DNA from: a virus
Reading direction: 5' to 3' (one strand)
DNA: 32,000 nt
IMG/VR virus record: IMGVR_UViG_3300045988_179474
Location: 21,839-53,838 of that record
Below the pieces are notes generated by a model. The model saw nothing but the letters and a program-made list of their open reading frames with translations. It had not been told where the DNA came from and did not search any database. The translations under genes and the position numbers were made by a program. Below are positions 1 through 10,196 of the stretch, piece by piece. How positions within the stretch are numbered: the stretch's first letter is position 1; the number at the start of each line of letters is the position of its first letter.

Positions 1-1
1 T

Positions 2-271
2 CTGCCAGTTGCTCCCCTCACACCTGATGACAACGAGTTCTACGCCCTGTGCGGGTTCATCGACGATATCTTTTTACTGCCTGAGCGCCGAGAACGCATC
101 GTGAAACTCGCACAGGACAACCACCTACCCATCTTCATGGTTGTGAATATGGTTGAACCTTACTTTGCGCTCAATCATATTACAGAGTATGACCACTCGC
201 CTGATTCGTTTGAGACGGTGTTTAAGTATCTAAAGACACTCGCTGACGAGGAGGGGGAGCTGTTCGAATAA
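2..271 (+). CDS. 3' end of a plus-strand CDS, hypothetical protein (start outside window)
   Basis: Open frame from base 2 to TAA at 269-271 (LPVAPLTPDDNEFYALCGFIDDIFLLPERRERIVKLAQDNHLPIFMVVN...LADEEGELFE*), convergent with the next gene. Confidence 0.55.
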   Translation: MPVAPLTPDDNEFYALCGFIDDIFLLPERRERIVKLAQDNHLPIFMVVNMVEPYFALNHITEYDHSPDSFETVFKYLKTLADEEGELFE

Positions 272-295
272 TCTTTTTTCATCAACACGCAAAAA

Positions 296-320
296 AACAG
301 GGTAGCTATGCTACCCTGTT
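296..320 (-). terminator. Rho-independent terminator between convergent genes
   Basis: AACAGGGTAGC-TAT-GCTACCCTGTT stem; followed by TTTTTTT on the minus strand. Confidence 0.8.
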
Positions 321-358
321 GATGTGTCTTGTTGTGTGATTCTTTCTGCTGTGGCAAC

Positions 359-904
359 TCAATCTTCGCAAGGCAGGCAGGACGCATCCATAACCTGCTC
401 GTACAGTTTCTTGAATGCCCGGATGCGCAAGTCGTAATCATAATAGACAACTTTTGATTCCACGACATCCTCCCGCTCAACAGCTGGAAGAATCTTTATG
501 ACAACGGTATTTCTTTTTTTATTGATGGCCTCTCTGTCCTGTGTGAGGACTGTGATGGCGTAGATTTCCTTCGTTCTCGGATACAATTCCAGGATAAAAG
601 AAACCTTGTTCACCATGTCCAGAATCTGAAAACGCTGCCGCTTCTCAACATAGTCGTAAGACTGGCGGCGAGAAGCACGGGACAGCACGATATCTTCGGA
701 GACCTTATCGGCGAAGATGGCGTCTTCAAAGATGGTGCCGAGGATAATTCCAGCCTTCTCAATGGAGCAGTTTCTTTCGGTGGAGCGGTCCTCAAAGTGT
801 TCGCTGTAGAACAGGTTCCACTCCCCATCCTGTCCGTTTGCATGGCCCATATAGATGGTCGTAGCATTCCGAAATGAGGCAATTTTGGGTTCTTTCTCCT
901 TCAT
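359..904 (-). CDS. Hypothetical protein, 181 aa
   Basis: Complete ORF with AAGGAG upstream of ATG; no recognised domain. Confidence 0.8.
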   Translation of the reverse strand: MKEKEPKIASFRNATTIYMGHANGQDGEWNLFYSEHFEDRSTERNCSIEKAGIILGTIFEDAIFADKVSEDIVLSRASRRQSYDYVEKRQRFQILDMVNKVSFILELYPRTKEIYAITVLTQDREAINKKRNTVVIKILPAVEREDVVESKVVYYDYDLRIRAFKKLYEQVMDASCLPCED

Positions 905-934
905 GTTGCATCTCCCTAAAAAGTTTTTACAACA

Positions 935-964
935 AAGGAGACACCGAGAAATCGGTGTCTCCTT
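935..964 (-). terminator. Hairpin downstream of the SSB-like gene
   Basis: AAGGAGACACCGA-GAAA-TCGGTGTCTCCTT, 13-bp perfect stem; U-tract weak. Confidence 0.55.
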
Positions 965-981
965 GCTTTGTATGTGCCGAA

Positions 982-1629
982 TCAGAACGGCAGCTCACCG
1001 TCATCATCGGAGATGTCGATAAAGCCGTCATCATTCATGGCCGGCGCTGCGGAAGCGTATGTGGCGGAACTCCCACCGGACGCCTGCGCGTTGCCGTCCT
1101 CCAGCATGACGTTCGCGTTTTCTTTCTCCACCTTATCGGCTCCCACATGGTCCTTGGCAAACAGGGACACGCGGCCGAAAGCGGCACGCTTCTTCCCTTC
1201 CTTATCCGTATAGACGGACAGTTCGCCGGAGAGAACGATGTTCTGCTTGAAGGTCAAATTGGGGTCGCCCATGACCTGATACAGACCCATCGTGCTGCGG
1301 TCCATGAACACGCCGGCATACAGCTTGCCCTTGATAAGCTCGACGCCGGTGGTTTCCAGGAACTCCTTGAAGGTCAGGTACTTCCCATCGTAATAGACAG
1401 AAGAGAAAGGATTGCCGTTGTTGTTCTTGCGGTCATCCGGGGAGATAACAACAGTACAGGCAATCTGCTTGTACTGCTTGTTGTTCTTGGATGTGCGCTC
1501 GATGACCTTGAACGGCTTTGCCCCACTCTTGGGGAAGTGGATGCCGCACTGGAACGTGCCGGTGATGCTGACGCTCTTTTCGCCCTTGTAGGTGGAGACG
1601 ACGTTCAGGTTGTTGGTGTACTCAGACAT
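982..1629 (-). CDS. Putative single-stranded DNA-binding (OB-fold-like) protein, 215 aa
   Basis: Low-complexity linker ending in acidic tip DISDDDGELPF typical of SSB-type C-termini; beta-rich N-terminal region; lies in a replication/recombination gene set. Confidence 0.6.
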   Translation of the reverse strand: MSEYTNNLNVVSTYKGEKSVSITGTFQCGIHFPKSGAKPFKVIERTSKNNKQYKQIACTVVISPDDRKNNNGNPFSSVYYDGKYLTFKEFLETTGVELIKGKLYAGVFMDRSTMGLYQVMGDPNLTFKQNIVLSGELSVYTDKEGKKRAAFGRVSLFAKDHVGADKVEKENANVMLEDGNAQASGGSSATYASAAPAMNDDGFIDISDDDGELPF

Positions 1630-1686
1630 GATTTTTTTCTCCTTTTCGAAATAATTTTTGTGGTTGTAGCTTGCACATTAAAAAAA

Positions 1687-1846
1687 GGACAAGCGATTCT
1701 TCCCTGCGGACAGTTCCGAATGCGCTTGTCCCAGCGAAGTATCAAGTCAATTTCATGAGAGATACTTCTTTAATGTAACGCCATCATACCCTACGATTTT
1801 CAATTTTCAAAACCTGTCTGTTCGGAACCTGAGAACTAAAGAACCC
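1687..1846 (-). promoter_or_regulatory. Divergent sixth copy (F) of the composite promoter/leader element, upstream of the SSB-like gene
   Basis: 8-bp repeat array 1823-1846 (CGGAACCT GAGAACTA AAGAACCC), exactly 32 bp to the 30-bp two-box core 1761-1790 (minus GGTATGATGGCGTTACATTAAAGAAGTATC), then hairpin 1687-1731 with GGACAAGCG/CGCTTGTCC stem followed by T7. Confidence 0.7.
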
Positions 1847-1853
1847 CAACGGT

Positions 1854-4274
1854 TCACTGGCCGAACATGGTGCAGAAGCGATAGAGCATGACAATGGTTT
1901 CCGCTCTCGTCATGTGGTACTGCGGACCAAGCGTTTGGTTCGACTGCCCCACGACAATGCCATTGGTCGCTGCCCAGCTCAGCGGGCGAACGGCGTAAGA
2001 AGAAACCGCGTAGAAATCAGCGTAAGCGTTCAGCACGCCAGTCTCCTGATAGTAAGCGAAGCCACGGTAGGTAGCGTAGCGGTACAGGATAGCGGCTGCC
2101 TGCTCACGAGTAACGGCGGCATACGGCTTAAAGGAGTTATCACCGTAGCCGGTGACAATGCCGTTCTCCGCAGCCCAGTAGATTGCATGAGCAAAGGGAG
2201 AGGAAGCAGCGACATCGTTGAAGTAGGTGTGACGTCCGGGATTTGGGCTTCCGCAGATACGGTACAGGAGCAGAACCAGCTCACCGCGAGAAACGGGCGT
2301 GTTCGGGGAGAATACGTCATTGGACACACCGTTGACGATGCCGCGAGAAGTCATGTAGCACAGCTCGTTGTAGTACCATGCAGAGTTGCTCACGTCATAG
2401 TACGGATTCTTCCAGCCCGGAGTCCAGTCATGGTTCGGTCCACCGGGATACCAGTTGCCGGCATTGCCCCAGTACCCGTTGATTCTGGTGAACTCCACGT
2501 CGAGGCGGTGGTCATCTCTGACGTTGGTGAAGGTGTACTGATTGTTGCGGGTGGAAACCAGAGAACCGTCCACATAAACGGCAGAAATCCGATAGCCTGC
2601 ATCGGGTTCAAAGTAGAACGTGCGGCTATTTCCTCTGGCAACGGTGACACTGCCGCTGTCATTGGGCGTTACCGTACCGCCATAGCTGGAGCGAATGGTG
2701 ATATCATATCTGGAGTTAGAGGAATTACGCTTTGCGAACTCAACGTAAATCTCGTGGTCCTTGCTGACATCGCGGAAGGTGTAGCTGCTCTTGGTTCCGA
2801 CATACTCGTTATCGACATAGACGCCGATAATCTCATAGCCACTGTTCGCATAGAAGTTGAAAGTCTTATCCGCACCATCCCGCACGGTATTCGTGCCAGA
2901 CGGAGAAATGCGGCCGCCATCGGAAGCGGAAGCGTCGATGGTATACCGGTCATTCGTCGGTTTGGAGTGATTGGAAAGAATTTCGAAATGCTCCGTGGCA
3001 TACGAGCCTCGGTAACTATTGATGCCGGTAACAAAGACAGTTGCCGTGCCAACCTGTCTGTTGTTGGAGAAGCTCAGAGTGTAGTCCTCGCCTTCCGTCA
3101 GACGGTTGTTATAGCGGTCATAGACCTTTACCGTCGGCTCCTGGTAGGTGCCGTCATAGTAGACATCATTGACAACCACGCGGAAGTCCGTGCTAATGAC
3201 GTCATCATCGACCTTGACATCATAGTAGGTCATTGTTCCTTCACGAACCGTAATAGCATAATTCGGGTTCACGGGGAATTCCGCACGGATGCCAAAGTAC
3301 GGGCCATAAGAGTAGCCCGTCTTGGAATAGACGGAATAACGAGGCGAACCGAGGCTGTCGCCGGGGGCGAGGCTGCCGCTGGTGATGTCATAGCGGAAGG
3401 TCGGGTCGGTATCTCGGATGCTGCAACGCACGTCGCGGATGCGCACCGTGATGGGAGCTGCCTGAATGGTGAACTCACGCACCTCGCTGACCTTGCTGTA
3501 GCTGCCGATTCCGTTGATGGTGACGCTGGCCTTGCCAGCATTGACGTTGTTGCGGTAAACGAGATTGTAGTCCCGTCCCTCTGTCAGCGTCTTTCCGGTG
3601 GAAGCGTCCTGAACGGTGGGCTTCGGCGTCTGAGCACTGCCGTTGTAGAAGACATTGGACGGGCCGCTGATAACGACGGTGCCGAGCGTCTGGACAATCG
3701 TCAGAGTACCGGGCAGAACCGTGATTTCGTAATCGGCGTTGTCCTGGAAGGTCGCGCTGACCGTCTTGGTGCTGTTCCCGTTATCCTTCACGGAATACTG
3801 TGGCTGTCCAAGCGAATCTCCGGAAGCAAGTGTTCCCTGAAGAATCGTGTAGGTGTAGGAGGCCGGGTCCTTGACATCCTGCACATCGTCCACCTTCACG
3901 ACTAACTGAGCGGGGTGAATGGTGAACTCACAGCTGTCAACATACCCTGCATACTTCCCCATTCCGAGAATGTACGCAATTCCCGTGCCGGCGTGAACAT
4001 TGTTGCTGTATTCCATCCGGAAGTCAGTACCAGCAACCAGTTCCGTGCCACCCACTGTGATTTTTGGCGTCGGCGTCTGTGCTTTTCCGTTGTAGATGAT
4101 GCCGCTGCTGTCAATTTCGCCGATACTGGGGCCGGACACGGCCTGCATTACGGCATAGTCTCCTTCTGTCCTCTCCGCCCCAGCAGTGCCGAGAGCTTGT
4201 GCCGGTGCTGTGACCAGCGTAAGCGTCAGAACTGCCGAGAGTGCGGCGGAACACACACGGTTTTTCCTATTCAT
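1854..4274 (-). CDS. Secreted surface protein with repeated Ig/MBG-like modules, InlB-B-like repeats and C-terminal SLH domains, 806 aa
   Basis: Signal peptide (MNRKNRVCSAALSAVLTLTLVTAPAQALG); repeated YNGxAQTPxP.../AGTDFxxxYxNNxxAG modules; two GG.I.P...GY.I..VYVD repeats; three C-terminal SLH motifs. Confidence 0.85.
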   Translation of the reverse strand: MNRKNRVCSAALSAVLTLTLVTAPAQALGTAGAERTEGDYAVMQAVSGPSIGEIDSSGIIYNGKAQTPTPKITVGGTELVAGTDFRMEYSNNVHAGTGIAYILGMGKYAGYVDSCEFTIHPAQLVVKVDDVQDVKDPASYTYTILQGTLASGDSLGQPQYSVKDNGNSTKTVSATFQDNADYEITVLPGTLTIVQTLGTVVISGPSNVFYNGSAQTPKPTVQDASTGKTLTEGRDYNLVYRNNVNAGKASVTINGIGSYSKVSEVREFTIQAAPITVRIRDVRCSIRDTDPTFRYDITSGSLAPGDSLGSPRYSVYSKTGYSYGPYFGIRAEFPVNPNYAITVREGTMTYYDVKVDDDVISTDFRVVVNDVYYDGTYQEPTVKVYDRYNNRLTEGEDYTLSFSNNRQVGTATVFVTGINSYRGSYATEHFEILSNHSKPTNDRYTIDASASDGGRISPSGTNTVRDGADKTFNFYANSGYEIIGVYVDNEYVGTKSSYTFRDVSKDHEIYVEFAKRNSSNSRYDITIRSSYGGTVTPNDSGSVTVARGNSRTFYFEPDAGYRISAVYVDGSLVSTRNNQYTFTNVRDDHRLDVEFTRINGYWGNAGNWYPGGPNHDWTPGWKNPYYDVSNSAWYYNELCYMTSRGIVNGVSNDVFSPNTPVSRGELVLLLYRICGSPNPGRHTYFNDVAASSPFAHAIYWAAENGIVTGYGDNSFKPYAAVTREQAAAILYRYATYRGFAYYQETGVLNAYADFYAVSSYAVRPLSWAATNGIVVGQSNQTLGPQYHMTRAETIVMLYRFCTMFGQ

Positions 4275-4317
4275 GCAAAATTTCTCCTTTCAAAATTTTT
4301 GGGGTTCCGCTCTATAT

Positions 4318-4346
4318 ATTATCCCACATATACACCTATTAGTCAA
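4318..4346 (-). promoter_or_regulatory. Housekeeping sigma-70/sigma-A promoter for the SLH gene
   Basis: Minus strand TTGACT (4346-4341) - 17 bp - GATAAT (4323-4318), 44 nt upstream of ATG. Confidence 0.8.
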
Positions 4347-4393
4347 TTTATTTCTGACTGAATATCCAAAAAGGCCGAAAATATACAAAAAAA

Positions 4394-4426
4394 CTGCGCG
4401 TCCTCCTTTTTCAGGAAGACGCGCAG
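4394..4426 (-). terminator. Rho-independent terminator of the RecD2-like operon
   Basis: CTGCGCGTC-C-TCCT / AGGA-A-GACGCGCAG stem with T7 on the minus strand; overlaps gene end. Confidence 0.8.
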
Positions 4427-4430
4427 CTTT

Positions 4431-6656
4431 TCAACTTATCACCGTGAACGCAGCGTGAAGCCGGTCGCCCAAAAGGGTGTGCCGAACATCTGTCTGGTTG
4501 TTCAGTATGGCGGTGTTGAGCGCCTCTGTTTGACCAATCAACGCGACGTTCTGCTTGGCTCTCGTCACGCCCGTATAGACGATATTGCGCTTGAGCATAA
4601 CTTTGTGTTCCTCGGATACCACCATGATGACGGTTTGGTACTCTGACCCTTGACTTTTATGCACGGTTGTGCAGTAAGCAAGGTCAAGGTCCTGCATCAT
4701 CTCAGGCGTATAGTCATGGCGTTTGCCGTCCCCGTTGAATTCGATAGACGCGATGTAAGTCCATCTGTTCATATCGTCCGGGTCCGGCATTTTGCTGATT
4801 TCATGGATAACGCCAATATCGCCGTTCATAGCGATTTCCGTGTTTTTCGTCTGCATGACCAAATCACGCGGACGAAACTCCAGCTTTCGAATCTTGATGC
4901 TCTCCTCCCCTTCTATGGGTGGATTGATAAGATTCTGGAGCTGGCGGTTGAACTCGTTGACGGAGAGCAGGCCCTTGTTCCGGAACGGATTCAGCAGAAT
5001 CACATTCTCCAGACCAAATTTCTTCACCGCTTTCACATAGAACGCGCAGGCGGTGCGGAGAATTTCTTCCGGTGCAGACCGCTCAATGAAACAGAATGTG
5101 TTAGTAAAAGTGAGGTTTGTGCAGCCCTGGTTGATTTTCAGGCTATTCCCAACAATGGGGTTATCCTGTGCCTGACGGAAAATGACGCTCAGTCTGGTTG
5201 TTGGAACAGCCTTGCTGCGAATCATTTCGCGAAGCACATTACCGGCACCGACAGATGGCAGCTGGTCAGGGTCGCCGACAAAGACGACCTTTGCTCCATC
5301 AGGAATCATGGACAGAAGTTTCGCAGCGATGAATTGGTCCATCATGGAGGACTCGTCAATAATAAACAAGTTTCCCTCCAGGAAGCCCTCGTTGCGGTTG
5401 TCCAGCTCCGGTACTCCGGTGTAACCGATAGCAGAATGAATGGTCTGTGCTGGAAAGCCGGTTGCCTCAGACATTCTTCTTGCGGCTCTTCCCGTCGGAG
5501 CCAGAAGCACAGCATTGGAATCTCCACCGAACACTTGCTGATGGACATAGAGAACAGCCTTTGTGACTGTTGTTTTGCCCGTGCCTGGTCCGCCAGTGAT
5601 GATTTCGACCTGATGCTCAAAAACACCGTGTACGGCGTCTCGCTGGCTGTCGGCCAGCTTGAAGTTCGCATCTTCGTACTCTTCGATAAAGGTATCAATT
5701 TCTGTGATTTTAGAATCGGAAGCGCTCATAATGCGGCGAATATCTTTGACAATCCCCGTCTCCTCCTCAAAGGATTTGGTGGAATAGACCATGTTGGCTG
5801 TGACCTTGATGGCCTTCATCTTGTACGCAAGGTTCAGCGCCTCTTTGCAGCTGTCCTCGGACACTGCGTTATGGAAGCCAGCATTAAGCACCTTGGTCAT
5901 CTCACCGAGCAGTTCGTCCTTTGGAACGCACACATGGCCTTCCATAGATTTTTGCTCGAAAATATAAGCAAGGGATGCGATAAGGCGTGCCGACCTCGCG
6001 GGGTCAAAATCCGGCAGCGCACGCGCCAGCCTATCCACGGTCTCGAAGCCGAAGCCGCGCACCTGCATCAGGGAATAAGTATGATGCTCAACGGTATCCA
6101 GCGGGTCAAGCTCATTCTTGTTGCAGTAGCGTACCAAGTCGTTGAGCATCTTTGGCGTAATCGCCGCCGCTGCATCGCCGAGCTTTGCAATGATTTTCCG
6201 CTGAAACTCCGTCTCTTTCAGTCTGGTCATCAGCTTTGTTACTATTTTATCAGTAACGCCATTGACAGCCTTGAGTTGAGACGGGTCAGACTCCAGTACA
6301 TTCCAGACGCCATCGCCCCATTTGGCGTAGATACGCCCGGAAACGACTTTCCCGATACCGCATTTCAAGCTGCAAAAATAAGAGACAATGGCCGCCTTAC
6401 CTTTTGGCTGCTCCATATCGAAGTAGCTTACTTCGAATTGGCGTCCATACTTCCCATTCTTGCTCATTCCCCACTTTCCGTGAAGGGTGTAGATGATGTC
6501 GCTTGCCGTCGGAAGGTTGCTTCCGCACGCGACGAGATACTCACCGGTATCCGCATCCTTATAGCGGACGACCATGAAGCCGTCCGCCGAATGGATGGTG
6601 AAGGAGTGTTTGCAGCGCACCTCCTCCTTCAGCGTCTGGTTGATATCGTTACACAA
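4431..6656 (-). CDS. RecD2/TraA-like superfamily 1 DNA helicase, 741 aa
   Basis: Walker A ITGGPGTGKTT, SAxxGRAARRMSEATGxxAxTIHS-like motif, IIDESSMMD Walker B, VGDPDQLPSVGAG, C-terminal LAYCTTVHKSQGSEY. Confidence 0.92.
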   Translation of the reverse strand: MCNDINQTLKEEVRCKHSFTIHSADGFMVVRYKDADTGEYLVACGSNLPTASDIIYTLHGKWGMSKNGKYGRQFEVSYFDMEQPKGKAAIVSYFCSLKCGIGKVVSGRIYAKWGDGVWNVLESDPSQLKAVNGVTDKIVTKLMTRLKETEFQRKIIAKLGDAAAAITPKMLNDLVRYCNKNELDPLDTVEHHTYSLMQVRGFGFETVDRLARALPDFDPARSARLIASLAYIFEQKSMEGHVCVPKDELLGEMTKVLNAGFHNAVSEDSCKEALNLAYKMKAIKVTANMVYSTKSFEEETGIVKDIRRIMSASDSKITEIDTFIEEYEDANFKLADSQRDAVHGVFEHQVEIITGGPGTGKTTVTKAVLYVHQQVFGGDSNAVLLAPTGRAARRMSEATGFPAQTIHSAIGYTGVPELDNRNEGFLEGNLFIIDESSMMDQFIAAKLLSMIPDGAKVVFVGDPDQLPSVGAGNVLREMIRSKAVPTTRLSVIFRQAQDNPIVGNSLKINQGCTNLTFTNTFCFIERSAPEEILRTACAFYVKAVKKFGLENVILLNPFRNKGLLSVNEFNRQLQNLINPPIEGEESIKIRKLEFRPRDLVMQTKNTEIAMNGDIGVIHEISKMPDPDDMNRWTYIASIEFNGDGKRHDYTPEMMQDLDLAYCTTVHKSQGSEYQTVIMVVSEEHKVMLKRNIVYTGVTRAKQNVALIGQTEALNTAILNNQTDVRHTLLGDRLHAAFTVIS

Positions 6657-6737
6657 AGGCTGTCACCTCCTTCCGGAGGCACAGCGTCTGTGGCTGATGT
6701 GTCTCATTTTTTCATTTCTCCTCTCATTGAAGAAGCA

Positions 6738-8105
6738 TCACTTTTTGCGAGTACGCACCTTTTTCCGTTTGATGCTGAAGACCCGTGAACTTTCCGGATT
6801 TACTGACACACACTGATTGTACGCATCAGGGAAGCGGATTTTCAGAGTTTCCATATCCACGTTCGTTCTCGAACGCGGACTCCATTTGACTTCCATAAAC
6901 TCATTGTCGGGAAGATTGATACGTCCCTCTACGGCGTCGTTCAGCTTGAGCATGAACAATTCAGAGATAGCATCCTGGCGCTCTTTGATGGCATCGACTT
7001 CCTTCTGCTTCGCGACGCGGTTTTCACCAAGCGTGAGCCACTCATTTGCGGCGGCCAGCATATCCAAGTCGTGCGTCATATCGACAGCATCGGCACTGGG
7101 GTCTGCATAGCCGCTGTGATAGGTTCGGATGACTTCGATATCCTTCTTCGGGATACCGGAAGCCTCCGGCTCCACATTCGGCTCCACATAGGTGTTCCAC
7201 CACTCTTCTCCGTTTGCCAGCTGGTCGTCTTCCGCCAGCTTATCGCGCTCGACGCAGCGGGCGACGAACTGCTCGCCGCTGTACGCACTGCCGACGTAAA
7301 GTCCCCCAACGATAAGGTCAACAATGAACAGGCAGCCAATGTATGTTCCCTGCACGCGGTCATCATCCAGCACTGCCGGATACTGGCGCGTCTGCGGGAC
7401 ATAAGAGCGGGGAATCTTGCCGTCTTTCCATGCGTCCCAGTTTTCCGCGACGGTCGTTTTCGCCTCAAAGACAAAGATGCGGCCATCCGGCGAGATGACA
7501 ATGCCATCAATGTTCGCCGTCTGATGCGGGTACTTCCGGGAACGGAACATCCGTGTTTCGGGAATCCGCTTGAAGCCAGTCAGCTTCAGAAAGGCGTCAA
7601 TGACTCTATCTTCCATGATGTGTCCACGCTCGAAGACGGCCTGGGCATCATTAGACGGAATGAGTTCAGGGGTGCCCACCTTGTCGTGGTAGGTCTCCTG
7701 CGCCGTTTTGTACCGGCTCTCGCCACGGATGGCGGCGGCGTCAGAGCCGCCGATGCCGAAGTGACGAAGGGCCTCCCACTCTTTCGTCTGCACGAAAGCG
7801 CAGTCAACGACGACCTCCGCATTCGGCCACTCGAAGCGATGCTCGATAGGCTTCCCGTCGTAGCTGTTCTGAACCCACATGGCAAGTTCCACGCTGTCCA
7901 TCCGCTCGAACAGGTCAAAGCTGTTGTCAAACAGGATTTTGGCCGTCTTCGCGAACGCCGCGCCGTCCATGCCGGACTTTGCGAGCGCGTCATCGAGTTT
8001 TGCCATACGGGCCTTAATGACTTTCACCGTGTCCTCGAAGTAGGACCGTTTTCCCGCACAGATATGCGGGCAGGAATCAGGCAGATTGCATTCAAAATAA
8101 CTCAT
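6738..8105 (-). CDS. YqaJ-like viral recombinase / lambda-exonuclease-type nuclease, 455 aa
   Basis: GIGGSDAAAIRGESRYKTAQETYHDKVG, FERGHIMEDRV, ANIDGIV....VFEAKTT match the YqaJ pattern. Confidence 0.88.
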   Translation of the reverse strand: MSYFECNLPDSCPHICAGKRSYFEDTVKVIKARMAKLDDALAKSGMDGAAFAKTAKILFDNSFDLFERMDSVELAMWVQNSYDGKPIEHRFEWPNAEVVVDCAFVQTKEWEALRHFGIGGSDAAAIRGESRYKTAQETYHDKVGTPELIPSNDAQAVFERGHIMEDRVIDAFLKLTGFKRIPETRMFRSRKYPHQTANIDGIVISPDGRIFVFEAKTTVAENWDAWKDGKIPRSYVPQTRQYPAVLDDDRVQGTYIGCLFIVDLIVGGLYVGSAYSGEQFVARCVERDKLAEDDQLANGEEWWNTYVEPNVEPEASGIPKKDIEVIRTYHSGYADPSADAVDMTHDLDMLAAANEWLTLGENRVAKQKEVDAIKERQDAISELFMLKLNDAVEGRINLPDNEFMEVKWSPRSRTNVDMETLKIRFPDAYNQCVSVNPESSRVFSIKRKKVRTRKK

Positions 8106-8108
8106 TTC

Positions 8109-8663
8109 TTATTCTCCTTTTTTGAAATTCGGATTGAACGTGCTGTTGTATGCAGCGGTTCCGTTCCAGTCATCGTAGAGGACGGTTTCCGTCTGCGTCC
8201 CATTCCGAAACGTGACGTTCGGGCGGATGCAGTTCCCGTCTATCCACGAGGCACCGCATTCGTGGCAGGTCAGCCAACGAGCGAACGGTTCGTTGCAAAG
8301 TTTCCGCATGAGGTAGCCACCGGTGTCGAGTCTGCGCCAGATTTCTGTGCATTCGCCATCCATGTCGCAAACGAACTCGACATCAATGGTCTTCGGCGGA
8401 TTGCGTGTCTGGTCGTTCTTGTATGTGTTCCACGACACGCTCGGAAACCACTCTTTGCAAACCTCGCTATACTCCATCTTTGAATTTTCTGCAATGTACT
8501 GTTCACCGAGCAGCTCCACATCTTCTTCTTTCATATAGAGCTTTCCGGTGTTGCCCGCGTCATCAGTGAACACAACCGCTTTTCGTTCTGCCAGAACGAT
8601 GTCCGCGTTATCGCCATACGGAACAGCTTCTTCCTTTGTGATGTCTTTGATTTCAACTTTCAT
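8109..8663 (-). CDS. Hypothetical protein, 184 aa, with cysteine-rich C-terminal region (CHECGASWIDGNC)
   Basis: Complete ORF in operon, SD AAAGGAG upstream. Confidence 0.75.
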   Translation of the reverse strand: MKVEIKDITKEEAVPYGDNADIVLAERKAVVFTDDAGNTGKLYMKEEDVELLGEQYIAENSKMEYSEVCKEWFPSVSWNTYKNDQTRNPPKTIDVEFVCDMDGECTEIWRRLDTGGYLMRKLCNEPFARWLTCHECGASWIDGNCIRPNVTFRNGTQTETVLYDDWNGTAAYNSTFNPNFKKGE

Positions 8664-8977
8664 TTCTCATTCTCCTTTTTGTACTTTTTCTTCGCACATT
8701 CCGGGCAGAGGACGTTTTCGCCGCTCTGCATCATGGTCATGTAGATTTTCTGTCCAAACGCGCTGATGAAGCACTTGGAGCAAAAAACCTTTCCGCATCC
8801 TTCCGCCTCACACGACCACAGTTCCCCGTGGACGTCATCGGAGGCGTCCCACTTCGCGTTGTGGCCGCAGAAATCGCAGGTGTAGGTATCTGTCTTTTCG
8901 ACATACATAAGCAGTTCTCCTTTCATGGGCGGCGGTGTGGGATTGCTCCGCACACCGCCGTAATCACTTACTTCCAA
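8660..8977 (-). CDS. Zinc-finger (RING-like cysteine pattern) small protein, 105 aa
   Basis: CDFC-(x)n-C-x4-C-x4-CSKC-(x)n-CPEC pattern; overlaps neighbours in operon. Confidence 0.7.
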   Translation of the reverse strand: MEVSDYGGVRSNPTPPPMKGELLMYVEKTDTYTCDFCGHNAKWDASDDVHGELWSCEAEGCGKVFCSKCFISAFGQKIYMTMMQSGENVLCPECAKKKYKKENEK

Positions 8978-10164
8978 GCAACTGTTCCACCGATGTCATA
9001 ATCGGACCAGTTGAGGTTCAGCGTCTTTCCGATAAGCTCTTCCAACTCCAGAACCTTCGCATCGCTCGCACCTGCGTGCTTGGCGTAGGTGGGGATTTGT
9101 GCCATGCTCAGGTAGATGTCCAGCGCAGACATACGCGGCGAGTTGATAACGAAGGTGTCAACCTCCTCACGCGCCGGGTCAGCGTACTTTCTGGGAATTT
9201 TCAGGTAGGAGCAGATACCGACGAGGCAGTTGACGGGATTGGAGATTTCCATGCTTCCCATCTTCTGCATCATGGCAGCGCCATCCTCAAACAGCGCGTA
9301 CAGTCCGTCCGCTTCATCCTCGAACTTCTCCAGTCCGTACTTCCCTGCCGCCAGCTTCTTGTGCTCGACGCGAATGCCCTTTCCAATGGCGAAGGAGAAG
9401 GCCCCGCCTGGGGACATCAGCTTCGGCATCAGAATTGCCGAACTGGTCGCTGTGTCGCTGGTAGACAGTCGAACAACGGGCATCCAGTTGACAGCATGAT
9501 TGCGGGAGACCGCGTTCGAAAGCGCCTTCTGGTACTTGTCAATGAGGTCGTCACGGACGTCGGGCAGCTCCCACACAGCGCTGGTATAGCTATGGGAATT
9601 GAACCCTTCCTTGAACTTCGGGACGCCGAATCGGTTATTCAGCTTCTCCTTCGTGATACGGACCAACTCGCTGATGCGCATAATGGCGTAACCGTCGGAT
9701 GCGCCGCTGTGCAGCGCGGACAGTTTGCCATAACGCAGCAGGAGAAGCCCGTTTCCCTTGGCATACCGCAGAGCGATATTCAAGCACTGCGCAAGGTCGG
9801 CAAACCCTTCCGCTTTCACCATGTTCGCATTGGCGGGGCCAATCAAACCGGCGGTGGTGTAGAGTGTCGCACGACCGGTATCACGCAGGCACCAGGTTGT
9901 GCCCTGATACTGAACCATGAGGTTCGTACCGTAACCACCATGCAAATCGTTGACGGCGGTATCATGTGCCGTATCATGGTCAACGCCATACTTTGCCACA
10001 GCGTCCGCTACGAACATCGGCCCATCCAGAGGAATGACCTGAAGCTCTTTGCGAGGGATTTCGGGGAGCCACTCGCTGTTGTTTTCCATGTCCCGGATAG
10101 AGTCGATAAATTCCGACTCGTCATGGAACATTTCTTGGAAATCGTCAAAAATCTTGCTGCTCAT
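8968..10164 (-). CDS. Hypothetical protein, 398 aa, first gene of operon A
   Basis: Complete ORF, AAAGGAG SD, downstream of leader copy A. Confidence 0.85.
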   Translation of the reverse strand: MSSKIFDDFQEMFHDESEFIDSIRDMENNSEWLPEIPRKELQVIPLDGPMFVADAVAKYGVDHDTAHDTAVNDLHGGYGTNLMVQYQGTTWCLRDTGRATLYTTAGLIGPANANMVKAEGFADLAQCLNIALRYAKGNGLLLLRYGKLSALHSGASDGYAIMRISELVRITKEKLNNRFGVPKFKEGFNSHSYTSAVWELPDVRDDLIDKYQKALSNAVSRNHAVNWMPVVRLSTSDTATSSAILMPKLMSPGGAFSFAIGKGIRVEHKKLAAGKYGLEKFEDEADGLYALFEDGAAMMQKMGSMEISNPVNCLVGICSYLKIPRKYADPAREEVDTFVINSPRMSALDIYLSMAQIPTYAKHAGASDAKVLELEELIGKTLNLNWSDYDIGGTVAWK

Positions 10165-10196
10165 TTTTTCATTTCTCCTTTTCGTGAATTATTAGG

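Noticed and set aside
4650-6788. 712-aa plus-strand ORF (also 1914..3905, 7071..8483, 16365..17849, 21698..23092, 29352..29906)
   Set aside because: Antisense shadows of well-supported minus-strand genes; no domains, and no SD or operon context that outcompetes the minus-strand calls.
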